Virus record (IMG/VR): IMGVR_UViG_2617271072_000001
Direction: 5' to 3' (one strand)
DNA: 7,198 bases
Source of the DNA: a virus
Taxonomy: Duplodnaviria > Heunggongvirae > Uroviricota > Caudoviricetes
Part shown: positions 1 to 6,968 of the stretch, piece after piece
Layout: every line of letters begins with the position of its first letter
How positions within the stretch are numbered: position 1 is the first letter of the stretch
Translations under genes and position numbers: made by a program
Notes under the pieces: generated by a model
The model's database searches: none
What the model was told of the DNA's origin: nothing
The model's input: the letters and a program-made list of their open reading frames with translations, nothing else

Positions 1-468
<468 letters not shown>

Positions 469-483
<15 letters not shown>

Positions 484-711
484 AAAAACCAGGTTCGTGC
501 TCATCTTTCCTTCCCGTTCTTCCCTGGTAGCAAACCGGTAATACACCGTTCGCCAGACCTTACCTTCGATAACCAGAAGACCTGCCCGTGCCATTTTAGC
601 CGCGGCCTGATTTATGCTGGTTACTGTTGCGCCTGTTAGCGCGGCAACGTCCGGCGCACAGAAGCTATTATGCGTCCCCAGGTAATGAATAATTGCCTCT
701 TTGCCCGTCAT
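469..711 (-). pseudogene. ren: ren (Rex-exclusion resistance), C-terminal coding region replaced by IS sequence
   Basis: The first ~76 residues (MTGKEAIIHYLGTHNSFCAPDVAALTGATV...) match lambda Ren as recalled; the ORF then ends VVVK-stop inside IS-derived sequence, about 20 residues short. Start codon at 711-709 overlaps the P stop (ATGA overlap), as in lambda. Confidence 0.7.
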
Positions 712-1409
712 ACACTTGCTCCTTTCAGTCCGAACTTAGCTTTGATTTCTGCGATCTTCGCCAGAGCCTGTGCACGATTTAGAGGTCTACCGCCCATGAC
801 AGGAAGTTGTTTTACTGGTTCAGGGATCGCCTCACCACGGTTAATTCTCGCAGTCATATGGACAAGCTCATCTGCGGCCTTACGGCGTAATTCCGCATCA
901 GTAAGCGCATTGGCCCGCATGTTCTGATACAGGTTGGTAACCAGCCAGTAGTGCGCGTTTGATTTCCACGGATAAGACTCCGCATCCGGATACAGGCCTC
1001 GCTTCCGGCAATACTCGTAAACCATATCAACCAGCTCGCTGACGTTTGGCAGTCCGGCGATAACGGATGCTTCTTCCCGGCACCATGCAACAAACTGCCC
1101 GGGTGATGGCAGAAATGGTCGATTCTGCCGACGGGCTACGCGCATTCCTGCGTTAACCTGTTCCATTGTGGTGATCCCGTTTTCCCGGAAAGCCAGAACC
1201 CACTGGCGGCGGATTTCGTTCAGTTCGTTCTGGTCACGGTTAGCCAGACTCGCCGGGAAAGTTGCCAGTAACTGGCTGAACACACCGTTGATGATCTGCG
1301 CTACCTGCTGTACCTGTGGCTTTTCGTCGTACTGTTCCGGCATGTTGTTGGCGATCCGACGCATCTGCTCACGGTCAAAGTTAACCATCTGTGCGGCGAT
1401 GTTTTTCAT
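708..1409 (-). CDS. P: Replication protein P (host DnaB helicase loader), lambda type
   Basis: 233-aa ORF, MKNIAAQMVNFDREQMRRIANNMPEQYDEKPQ..., matching lambda P in length and sequence as recalled. ATGA start/stop overlap with O at 1406-1409. Confidence 0.9.
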   Translation of the reverse strand: MKNIAAQMVNFDREQMRRIANNMPEQYDEKPQVQQVAQIINGVFSQLLATFPASLANRDQNELNEIRRQWVLAFRENGITTMEQVNAGMRVARRQNRPFLPSPGQFVAWCREEASVIAGLPNVSELVDMVYEYCRKRGLYPDAESYPWKSNAHYWLVTNLYQNMRANALTDAELRRKAADELVHMTARINRGEAIPEPVKQLPVMGGRPLNRAQALAKIAEIKAKFGLKGASV

Positions 1410-2305
1410 AGATCCACCCCGTAAATCCAGTCTGTGTTTGTCAGGTCGAGTTTTGATTTGCTGGCTGTCACGACTGCCTGTTGCTTGTTACGGTTGATTT
1501 CGAGCTGGGTCCACTTGTCGCGGAGTTTGGCCGGGCTAAGCACGTTACCGGACCAGAAGTTGTCCTGGCATGCCCAGCGGAACAGTACACACATGTCGCG
1601 ATGGTTACGTCCGTCACGTTCACGCATCAGGCGGATATCGTTAGCCCACCCAGCAAAATTCGGTTTTCTGGCTGATGGTGCGATAGTCTTCACCATGTCA
1701 AACATCCACTCTGCGGCGGTCAGGTCTTCTGCTGTCCCCCACTTGCTGCCGCTCTGAATTGCAGCATCCGGTTTAACCACAGAAAGATCGTTTTCTGGCT
1801 GGTCAGAGGATTCGCCAGAATTCTCGGACGAATAATCTTTTCTTTTTTCTTTTGTAATAGTGTCTTTTGTGTCCCCCTGTTTTGAGGGATAGCAATCCCC
1901 CAATTTGAGGGATGTTTTATCCCTCGTTTTAGGGGATTTTCCCTCGTTTTGAGGGATACACCATTCTGAGATGTTTTTATTTGGTCCAAACATGCCGCCT
2001 TGCTGCTTGATAATATTCATTCTGACGAGTTCTAACTTGGCTTCATTGCACCGTTTGACAGGTAACTTTGTAATCTCGCTAAGTTGAGAATCGGTGATTC
2101 TGTCCATTGGTTTATTCCACCCATAGGTTTTACGCAGAATGGCAAGCAGCACTTTAAACTGTCGCTTGGTCAGATCTGCGCCTGAATAAGCCTCAAGCAG
2201 CATATTTGATAGTCTGGCGTAACCATCATCGAGATCTGCCACATTACGCTCCTGTCCGGTAAAGTTACCTCTGCCGAAGTTGAGTATTTTTGCTGTATTT
2301 GTCAT
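1406..2305 (-). CDS. O: Replication initiator protein O, lambda type (299 aa)
   Basis: Protein begins MTNTAKILNFGRGNF... from ATG at 2305-2303, with AGGAG 5 nt upstream on the minus strand. The listed ORF 1406-2350 is an upstream in-frame extension without a ribosome-binding site. The gene contains the ori iterons, as in lambda. Confidence 0.9.
   Translation of the reverse strand: MTNTAKILNFGRGNFTGQERNVADLDDGYARLSNMLLEAYSGADLTKRQFKVLLAILRKTYGWNKPMDRITDSQLSEITKLPVKRCNEAKLELVRMNIIKQQGGMFGPNKNISEWCIPQNEGKSPKTRDKTSLKLGDCYPSKQGDTKDTITKEKRKDYSSENSGESSDQPENDLSVVKPDAAIQSGSKWGTAEDLTAAEWMFDMVKTIAPSARKPNFAGWANDIRLMRERDGRNHRDMCVLFRWACQDNFWSGNVLSPAKLRDKWTQLEINRNKQQAVVTASKSKLDLTNTDWIYGVDL
1871..1957. repeat. 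ori-lambda-type iterons: four ~19-bp direct repeats (O-protein binding sites) inside O, with adjacent AT-rich tract at about 1838-1866
   Basis: Four repeats of the form (t/a)tccc(c/t)c-N-ttt(g/a)ggggat at about 1872-1890, 1895-1913, 1919-1937 and 1939-1957, each an internal inverted repeat. A pyrimidine/AT-rich run ttttcttttttcttttgtaatag follows on the low-coordinate side. Confidence 0.85.
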
Positions 2306-2308
2306 AAT
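2280..2308 (+). promoter_or_regulatory. pO-like promoter for an oop-type antisense RNA
   Basis: TTGAGT (2280-2285), 17-bp spacer, CATAAT (2303-2308) on the plus strand, directed away from O and into the 3' end of c1. Confidence 0.5.
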
Positions 2309-2314
2309 GACTCC

Positions 2315-2382
2315 TGTGGATTGATCCAGTCTTTCTACATCAGGCCTCAAAACTGTTGCAGCAGTCTTGAGGCTTTTCTTTT
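2315..2382 (+). ncRNA. oop: OOP-like short antisense RNA overlapping the 3' end of c1 (cII family)
   Basis: Predicted start about 7 nt downstream of the -10. Intrinsic terminator with stem GCCTCAA (2344-2350) / TTGAGGC (2367-2373), inner pairing ACTG/CAGT, then TTTTCTTTT (2374-2382). The position is equivalent to lambda oop (between cII and O, antisense to the cII 3' end). Confidence 0.45.
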
Positions 2383-2618
2383 GTCAGCACCATGGCTACT
2401 TTCTTTGCTAGCTTTGCTAATTCCTCGTCTTCAACACCCCACTCCAGCACAGCCAGAAGCATGGCCATCTTTGGGATAAAGCTGTCTTTCCATCGCGAAA
2501 TTTGCGATTCATTAATCCCTAATGCATCAGCAACCTTTCGCTGACCACGTACAGCAATTCGATTCAGGATGTTGCTTGTGATTGCATTCGCTTTCTTGCG
2601 AGTACTTGTAAGTTGCAT
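2340..2618 (-). CDS. c1: CII-family transcriptional activator (P22 C1-like), 92 aa
   Basis: MQLTSTRKKANAITSNILNRIAVRGQRKVADALGINESQISRWK... resembles P22 C1 / lambda CII with a helix-turn-helix. ATG at 2618-2616 with AGGAAA 8 nt upstream on the minus strand. The listed 121-aa ORF is an upstream extension that runs across nutR. Confidence 0.8.
   Translation of the reverse strand: MQLTSTRKKANAITSNILNRIAVRGQRKVADALGINESQISRWKDSFIPKMAMLLAVLEWGVEDEELAKLAKKVAMVLTKEKPQDCCNSFEA
2572..2585 (+). promoter_or_regulatory. CII/C1 activator binding site (TTGC-N6-TTGC), -35 region of a pRE-like establishment promoter
   Basis: TTGC (2572-2575), spacer ttgtga, TTGC (2582-2585) on the plus strand, inside the 5' coding region of c1 and pointing through cro (antisense) toward c2, as for lambda pRE. 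Confidence 0.45.
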
Positions 2619-2676
2619 ATGTAAGTATTTCCTTAACAAATAAGAAGTTATACGCACCAACTGATGCGCGTTGTAT

Positions 2677-2720
2677 TCCCGCATTTCGGCGGGAATAAGG
2701 ACCATGACTGTTAAAGAGCA
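2677..2720 (-). promoter_or_regulatory. nutR: boxA (TGCTCTTTAA) plus boxB hairpin
   Basis: On the minus strand, boxA TGCTCTTTAA (plus-strand coordinates 2711-2720) is followed after 16 nt by a hairpin UCCCGC-CGAAAU-GCGGGA (2677-2694). The hairpin is identical to the one in nutL. Confidence 0.6.
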
Positions 2721-2726
2721 ATTTGC

Positions 2727-2912
2727 TTATGCCGCTTTGCGATAAGCACTTTCTTGATACTTCAGGGCGCCAGCTGTAACGACTTCCAGTCGATAGGCGT
2801 CTTTCTCTGGGATGACTTCCTTCCACTGAGAGACTGCTGCATCGCTAATGCCTAACGCTTTAGCTACCGCACGCTGGGTTCCGAAGTGGTCGATAACATC
2901 TTTCTTGTACAT
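2727..2912 (-). CDS. cro: Cro repressor, P22 type (61 aa)
   Basis: MYKKDVIDHFGTQRAVAKALGISDAAVSQWKEVIPEKDAYRLEVVTAGALKYQESAYRKAA, near-identical to P22 Cro as recalled. GGAG 10 nt upstream of the ATG on the minus strand. Confidence 0.85.
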   Translation of the reverse strand: MYKKDVIDHFGTQRAVAKALGISDAAVSQWKEVIPEKDAYRLEVVTAGALKYQESAYRKAA

Positions 2913-2926
2913 AGACTCGCTCCGAA

Positions 2927-2992
2927 ATTAAAGAACACTTAAATTATCTATCAAAGGAATCTTAAGTCAAGTTTATTTAAGATGTCTTAACT
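2927..2992. promoter_or_regulatory. OR operator cluster with divergent pR (to cro) and pRM (to c2)
   Basis: Two 18-bp sites fit the P22 C2 operator pattern ANTNAAG-N4-CTTNANT: ATTAAAGAACACTTAAAT (2927-2944) and ATTTAAGATGTCTTAACT (2975-2992), with a likely third between them. The c2 ATG follows immediately, so the pRM transcript is probably leaderless. Confidence 0.6.
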
Positions 2993-3643
2993 ATGAATAC
3001 ACAACTGATGGGTGAGCGTATTCGCGCTCGCAGAAAAGAACTTAAGATTAGGCAGGCTGCCCTTGGCAAGATGGTTGGCGTGTCTAATGTTGCTATTTCC
3101 CAATGGGAGCGTTCTGAAACTGAGCCCAATGGCGAAAACCTATTGGCTTTAGCCAAGGCTTTACAGTGCTCCCCTGATTACTTGTTGAAAGGAGAAGATA
3201 GTCTTTCAAACATTGCCTATCACAGCAGGCATGATCCAAGAGGTTCGTATCCTCTAATTAGTTGGGTAAGCGCAGGATGTTGGATGGAAGCTGTAGAGCC
3301 ATATCATAAGCGTGCAATAGATAACTGGTACGATACAACCGTAGATTGTTCAGAAGATTCGTTTTGGCTGGACGTAAAGGGTGATTCGATGACGGCTCCA
3401 GCCGGTCTTAGCATCCCGGAAGGGATGATAATACTAGTCGATCCTGAAGTAGAACCTCGTAATGGGAAGCTGGTAGTGGCAAAGCTCGAAGGAGAAAACG
3501 AGGCAACTTTCAAGAAGTTAGTTATTGATGCTGGCAGAAGGTTTCTAAAACCACTTAACCCACAATATCCGATGATTGAGATCAACGGGAACTGCAAAAT
3601 CATCGGTGTAGTTGTCGATGCAAAAATAGCAAACCTTCCATAA
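2993..3643 (+). CDS. c2: C2 repressor, P22 type (216 aa): N-terminal helix-turn-helix, C-terminal LexA-like S24 autopeptidase domain
   Basis: MNTQLMGERIRARRKELKIRQAALGKMVGVSNVAISQWERSE... matches P22 C2 as recalled. Ala-Gly cleavage site in VSAGCW; catalytic Ser in GDSM and Lys in the GKLVVAKL region. Confidence 0.9.
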   Translation: MNTQLMGERIRARRKELKIRQAALGKMVGVSNVAISQWERSETEPNGENLLALAKALQCSPDYLLKGEDSLSNIAYHSRHDPRGSYPLISWVSAGCWMEAVEPYHKRAIDNWYDTTVDCSEDSFWLDVKGDSMTAPAGLSIPEGMIILVDPEVEPRNGKLVVAKLEGENEATFKKLVIDAGRRFLKPLNPQYPMIEINGNCKIIGVVVDAKIANLP

Positions 3644-3665
3644 GGGGCATTCGCCCCTTTTTTTC
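3644..3665 (+). terminator. Intrinsic terminator directly after c2
   Basis: GGGGC (3644-3648), loop ATTC, GCCCC (3653-3657), followed by a run of 7 T. Confidence 0.6.
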
Positions 3666-3707
3666 TTTCCTTTAAAAATCAAAGCAAAACTTAAGCTTCG
3701 CAACAAA

Positions 3708-3762
3708 AATTTAAGTTTTCTTCAAAAACACTCTTGACCAATAGTTAAAGAAATCTTAAATT
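3708..3762 (+). promoter_or_regulatory. OL operators and pL promoter
   Basis: Operator-like site ATTTAAGTTTTCTTCAAA (3708-3725) and a second overlapping the promoter. TTGACC (3734-3739), 17-bp spacer, TAAATT (3757-3762), reading toward the N-like gene. Confidence 0.5.
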
Positions 3763-3807
3763 TAAGTCATCGGCAGGACGCTGGTAGCCAAACGGAACAG
3801 ATTGGCA

Positions 3808-3849
3808 GGCTCTTTAACATTGATGGGATTGTCCCGCCGAAATGCGGGA
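3808..3849 (+). promoter_or_regulatory. nutL: boxA (GGCTCTTTAAC) plus boxB hairpin
   Basis: boxA-like GCTCTTTA at 3809-3816, then after 14 nt a hairpin UCCCGC (3832-3837) / loop CGAAAU / GCGGGA (3844-3849), identical to the nutR hairpin. Confidence 0.6.
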
Positions 3850-3956
3850 ACCAAAGAGTAGTTGGCTTTGGGGTGACGTGAAGTGCAGCTGCACGACGGC
3901 AACCGGAAGATAAGCACCCGGCGCGTCACCGCCAAAGTCAATCATCGGAGGTCAAC

Positions 3957-4229
3957 ATGGCAGTAGTCATTACATATCTGGCTGACGATAACGCCAGAAA
4001 TCGCCGCAGAGCACGCAGACAGGCTCAACGTGAGCAGGCAATGCAAGAACAGCGACTGGCGCGAAAAATTGCGCTAAAGCTCTCTGGTTGCGTCAGAGCA
4101 GACAAAGCAGCATCACTCGGAAGCCTTCGCTGCAAGAAGGCAGATGAATGCAGTGGAAGTATTTGCCTGCCAAACGTAGCCATTTACGCGGCAGGCTACC
4201 GGAAATCAAAACAACTGACGGCGAGATGA
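3957..4229 (+). CDS. N-like transcription antiterminator (P22 gp24 / lambda N family), 90 aa
   Basis: N-terminal arginine-rich motif NARNRRRARRQAQREQ. The C-terminus ...LPNVAIYAAGYRKSKQLTAR resembles the P22 gp24 C-terminus as recalled. First gene downstream of pL and nutL; GGAGG 6 nt upstream of the ATG. Confidence 0.7.
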   Translation: MAVVITYLADDNARNRRRARRQAQREQAMQEQRLARKIALKLSGCVRADKAASLGSLRCKKADECSGSICLPNVAIYAAGYRKSKQLTAR

Positions 4230-4245
4230 TAAATTAATTTGCTAA

Positions 4246-4827
4246 TTACTTGTTTTTGCCATGCTTATCCTGAGCGATAAGTTCATCCATAAGACTGTCT
4301 TTCTTCCCAGCAAACCTAATGTAGCACTCATTTCTATAGCGTTCCGGGATAACAAAACGGTCGATTTCAGGATATCCAGTAGCAGAAGGTACCCGAATAA
4401 GAAGCCCTTTTTCGAGCAATGAGATTGCTTCAGGGCTTCCCTTTTCTGTCTTTAGCTGGTTATTAGCGGCTACAGCGAATGCCAAATACGCTCTTTCTCC
4501 AAGAGTTAACGAATCAAACAAATCTTGCACGTATTTCTCTTCTTTAGATTTGCGCTTCTGAGCAGCGAATATCTCAATTCTTTCAGTCACAGCGTGATAA
4601 GCGGAATTAACAACGCCGTTAAGCACATAGCTAACGCAAAACAACAGGATGTAATACATCCAGTAATGAGGAAGGATTTCTGGATTATGCAGGTTTATCC
4701 ATTCTTTTACGCTTACAGGCATAACAATAATCAATATGATTAGGATGATTAGCATATGAATCAACTGTTTAAGTGTCATTCCTTGCAGGAAAAAATGCAT
4801 TAGTTCCTGCCACCATGAGTTGTTCAT
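4246..4827 (-). CDS. sieB: Superinfection exclusion protein SieB-like membrane protein (193 aa)
   Basis: MNNSWWQELMHFFLQGMTLKQLIHMLIILIILIIVMPV... with two hydrophobic segments, lying between the N-like gene and ea10. Matches lambda/P22 SieB as recalled. Orientation is taken from the ORF itself. Confidence 0.65.
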   Translation of the reverse strand: MNNSWWQELMHFFLQGMTLKQLIHMLIILIILIIVMPVSVKEWINLHNPEILPHYWMYYILLFCVSYVLNGVVNSAYHAVTERIEIFAAQKRKSKEEKYVQDLFDSLTLGERAYLAFAVAANNQLKTEKGSPEAISLLEKGLLIRVPSATGYPEIDRFVIPERYRNECYIRFAGKKDSLMDELIAQDKHGKNK

Positions 4828-5041
4828 CGGCGTTTCTCTTTTGCTCTCTGTAGGGGTGAATAGAGTTTATCCGATTTCTCGCTGTAGGGGTACACGAGAA
4901 CCACCGAGCCTGATGTGGTTAAAAGACAGGCATACTAATAAACACTGCACTGTGTATTCATTCCAACGAGTGAATACACTGAGCAATGTCGCTCGTAACT
5001 AAACAGGAGCCGACTTGTTCTGATTATTGGAAATCTTCTTT

Positions 5042-5067
5042 GCCCTCCAATGTGAGGGCGATTTTTT
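5042..5067 (+). terminator. Intrinsic terminator upstream of ea10
   Basis: GCCCTC (5042-5047), loop CAATGT, GAGGGC (5054-5059), then ATTTTTT. No U-run on the opposite strand, so plus-strand specific. Confidence 0.5.
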
Positions 5068-5087
5068 ATCTGTGAGGATATGAATAG

Positions 5088-5456
5088 ATGTCAAACATCA
5101 AAAAATACATCATTGATTACGACTGGAAAGCATCAATAGAAATTGAAATCGACCATGACGTAATGACAGAGGAAAAACTTCACCAGATTAATAATTTCTG
5201 GTCAGACTCTGAATACCGACTCAATAAACACGGCTCTGTATTAAATGCTGTATTAATCATGCTGGCGCAACATGCTCTGCTTATAGCAATTTCAAGCGAC
5301 TTAAATGCATATGGTGTTGTGTGTGAGTTCGACTGGAATGATGGAAATGGTCAGGAAGGATGGCCTCCAATGGATGGTAGCGAAGGAATAAGAATTACCG
5401 ATATCGATACATCAGGAATATTTGATTCAGATGATATGACTATCAAAGCCGCCTGA
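5088..5456 (+). CDS. ea10: Ea10 (lambda early protein, reported ssDNA-binding), 122 aa
   Basis: MSNIKKYIIDYDWKASIEIEIDHDVMTEEKLHQINNFWSD... matches lambda Ea10 as recalled. GAGGA about 10 nt upstream. Confidence 0.75.
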   Translation: MSNIKKYIIDYDWKASIEIEIDHDVMTEEKLHQINNFWSDSEYRLNKHGSVLNAVLIMLAQHALLIAISSDLNAYGVVCEFDWNDGNGQEGWPPMDGSEGIRITDIDTSGIFDSDDMTIKAA

Positions 5457-5480
5457 GCGCGGCGTTACCGCATACCAATA

Positions 5481-5504
5481 ACGCTTCACTCGAGGCGTTT
5501 TTTC
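5481..5504 (+). terminator. Possible intrinsic terminator between ea10 and cIII
   Basis: ACGCUUC (5481-5487), loop ACUC, GAGGCGU (5492-5498) with one G-U pair, then UUUUU. Confidence 0.4.
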
Positions 5505-5529
5505 GTTATGTATAAATAAGGAGCACACC

Positions 5530-5694
5530 ATGCAATATGCCATTGCAGGGTGGCCTGTTGCTGGCTGCCCTTCCGAATCTTTACTTGAACGAATCACCCG
5601 TAAATTACGTGACGGATGGAAACGCCTTATCGACATACTTAATCAGCCAGGAGTCCCAAAAAATGGATCAAACACTTATGGCTATCCAGACTAA
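5530..5694 (+). CDS. cIII: CIII (inhibitor of FtsH, stabilises CII), 54 aa
   Basis: [54 protein letters not shown] matches lambda CIII as recalled. AAGGAG 7 nt upstream. Confidence 0.85.
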   Translation: MQYAIAGWPVAGCPSESLLERITRKLRDGWKRLIDILNQPGVPKNGSNTYGYPD

Positions 5695-5806
5695 ATTCAC
5701 TATCGCCACTTTTATTGGCGATGAAAAGATGTTTCGTGAGGCCGTCGACGCTTATAAAAAATGGATATTAATACTGAAACTGAGATCAAGCAAAAGCATT
5801 CACTAA
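5663..5806 (+). CDS. kil: Kil (host cell-division inhibitor acting on FtsZ), 47 aa
   Basis: [47 protein letters not shown] matches lambda Kil as recalled. AGGAG upstream. Start overlaps the cIII 3' end and the 3' end overlaps gam. Confidence 0.8.
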   Translation: MDQTLMAIQTKFTIATFIGDEKMFREAVDAYKKWILILKLRSSKSIH

Positions 5807-6177
5807 CCTCCTTTCCTGTTTTCCTAATCAGCCCGGCATTTCGCGGGCGATATTTTCACAGCTATTTCAGGAGTTCAGCCATGAACGCTTATTACATTCA
5901 GGATCGTCTTGAGGCTCAGAGCTGGACGCGTCACTACCAGCAGATCGCCCGTGAAGAGAAAGAGGCAGAACTGGCAGACGACATGGAAAAAGGTCTGCCC
6001 CAGCACCTGTTTGAATCACTCTGCATCGATCATTTACAACGCCACGGGGCCAGCAAAAAAGCCATTACCCGTGCGTTTGATGACGATGTTGAGTTTCAGG
6101 AGCGCATGGCAGAACACATCCGGTACATGGTTGAAACCATTGCTCACCACCAGGTTGATATTGATTCAGAGGTATAA
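5761..6177 (+). CDS. gam: Gam (RecBCD inhibitor); 138-aa long form, with a 98-aa short form starting at 5881
   Basis: Near-identical to lambda Gam as recalled. The ATG at 5881 ([12 protein letters not shown]...) has AGGAG 8 nt upstream, whereas the ATG at 5761 has no obvious Shine-Dalgarno sequence. Confidence 0.9.
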   Translation: MDINTETEIKQKHSLTSFPVFLISPAFRGRYFHSYFRSSAMNAYYIQDRLEAQSWTRHYQQIAREEKEAELADDMEKGLPQHLFESLCIDHLQRHGASKKAITRAFDDDVEFQERMAEHIRYMVETIAHHQVDIDSEV

Positions 6178-6182
6178 AACGG

Positions 6183-6968
6183 ATGAGTACAGCACTCGCA
6201 ACGCTGGCTGGGAAGCTGGCTGAACGCGTCGGCATGGATTCTGTCGACCCACAGGAACTGATCACCACTCTTCGCCAGACGGCATTTAAAGGTGATGCCA
6301 GCGATGCGCAGTTCATCGCATTGCTGATCGTCGCCAACCAGTACGGCCTTAATCCGTGGACGAAAGAAATTTACGCCTTCCCTGACAAGCAGAACGGCAT
6401 CGTTCCGGTGGTGGGCGTTGATGGCTGGTCCCGTATCATCAATGAAAACCAGCAGTTTGATGGCATGGACTTTGAGCAGGACAATGAATCCTGCACATGC
6501 CGGATTTACCGCAAAGACCGCAATCATCCGATCTGCGTTACCGAGTGGATGGATGAATGCCGCCGCGAACCATTCAAAACCCGCGAAGGCAGAGAAATCA
6601 CGGGGCCGTGGCAGTCGCATCCCAAACGGATGTTACGGCATAAAGCCATGATTCAGTGTGCCCGTCTCGCCTTCGGATTTGCTGGTATCTATGACAAGGA
6701 TGAAGCCGAGCGCATTGTCGAAAATACCGCATACACTGCAGAACGTCAGCCGGAACGCGACATCACTCCGGTTAACGATGAAACCATGCAGGAGATTAAC
6801 ACTCTGCTGATTGCCCTGGATAAAACATGGGATGACGACTTATTGCCGCTCTGTTCCCAGATATTTCGCCGCGACATTCGCGCATCATCAGAACTGACAC
6901 AGGCCGAAGCAGTGAAAGCTCTTGGATTCCTGAAACAGAAAGCCACTGAGCAGAAGGTGGCTGCATGA
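6183..6968 (+). CDS. bet: Bet / Red-beta single-strand annealing recombinase (261 aa)
   Basis: [66 protein letters not shown]... matches lambda Bet over its full length as recalled. Confidence 0.95.

Noticed and set aside
1871-1957. Short direct repeats that might suggest a CRISPR array
   Set aside because: Only four ~19-bp repeats with 4-6 bp spacing, inside the O gene and followed by an AT-rich tract. This is the classic ori-lambda iteron arrangement.
1720-1989. 89-aa ORF on the minus strand spanning the iteron repeats
   Set aside because: It lies in an alternative frame of the O gene and is built from the repetitive iteron sequence. No ribosome-binding site; O accounts for the coding signal.
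1406-2350. 314-aa extended version of O starting at 2350
   Set aside because: The ATG at 2305 has an AGGAG ribosome-binding site and gives the canonical MTNTAK... start. The upstream extension overlaps the pO promoter and the c1 3' end.
2340-2705. 121-aa extended version of c1
   Set aside because: The extension runs across the nutR boxA/boxB site and lacks a ribosome-binding site. The internal ATG at 2618 has a good one and gives a CII-family-sized 92-aa protein.
3304-3603. 99-aa ORF antisense to c2
   Set aside because: Lies wholly within the well-supported c2 repressor gene on the opposite strand. No start signals.
4230-4245. Possible terminator between the N-like gene and sieB
   Set aside because: Only an AT-rich palindrome (AAATTAATTT), with no GC-rich stem or U-run. 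Not supportable as an intrinsic terminator.
4820-5002. 60-aa ORF in the sieB-ea10 gap as a possible ral replacement
   Set aside because: No Shine-Dalgarno sequence, the start overlaps the sieB start on the other strand, and it has no similarity to Ral. More likely non-coding.
6144-6620. 158-aa ORF antisense to bet (also 6065-6337, 6418-6651, 6746-7039 and 6796-7062)
   Set aside because: These lie entirely within the well-supported bet and exo coding regions, in other frames or on the opposite strand, with no start signals. They are typical spurious ORFs in GC-balanced coding DNA.
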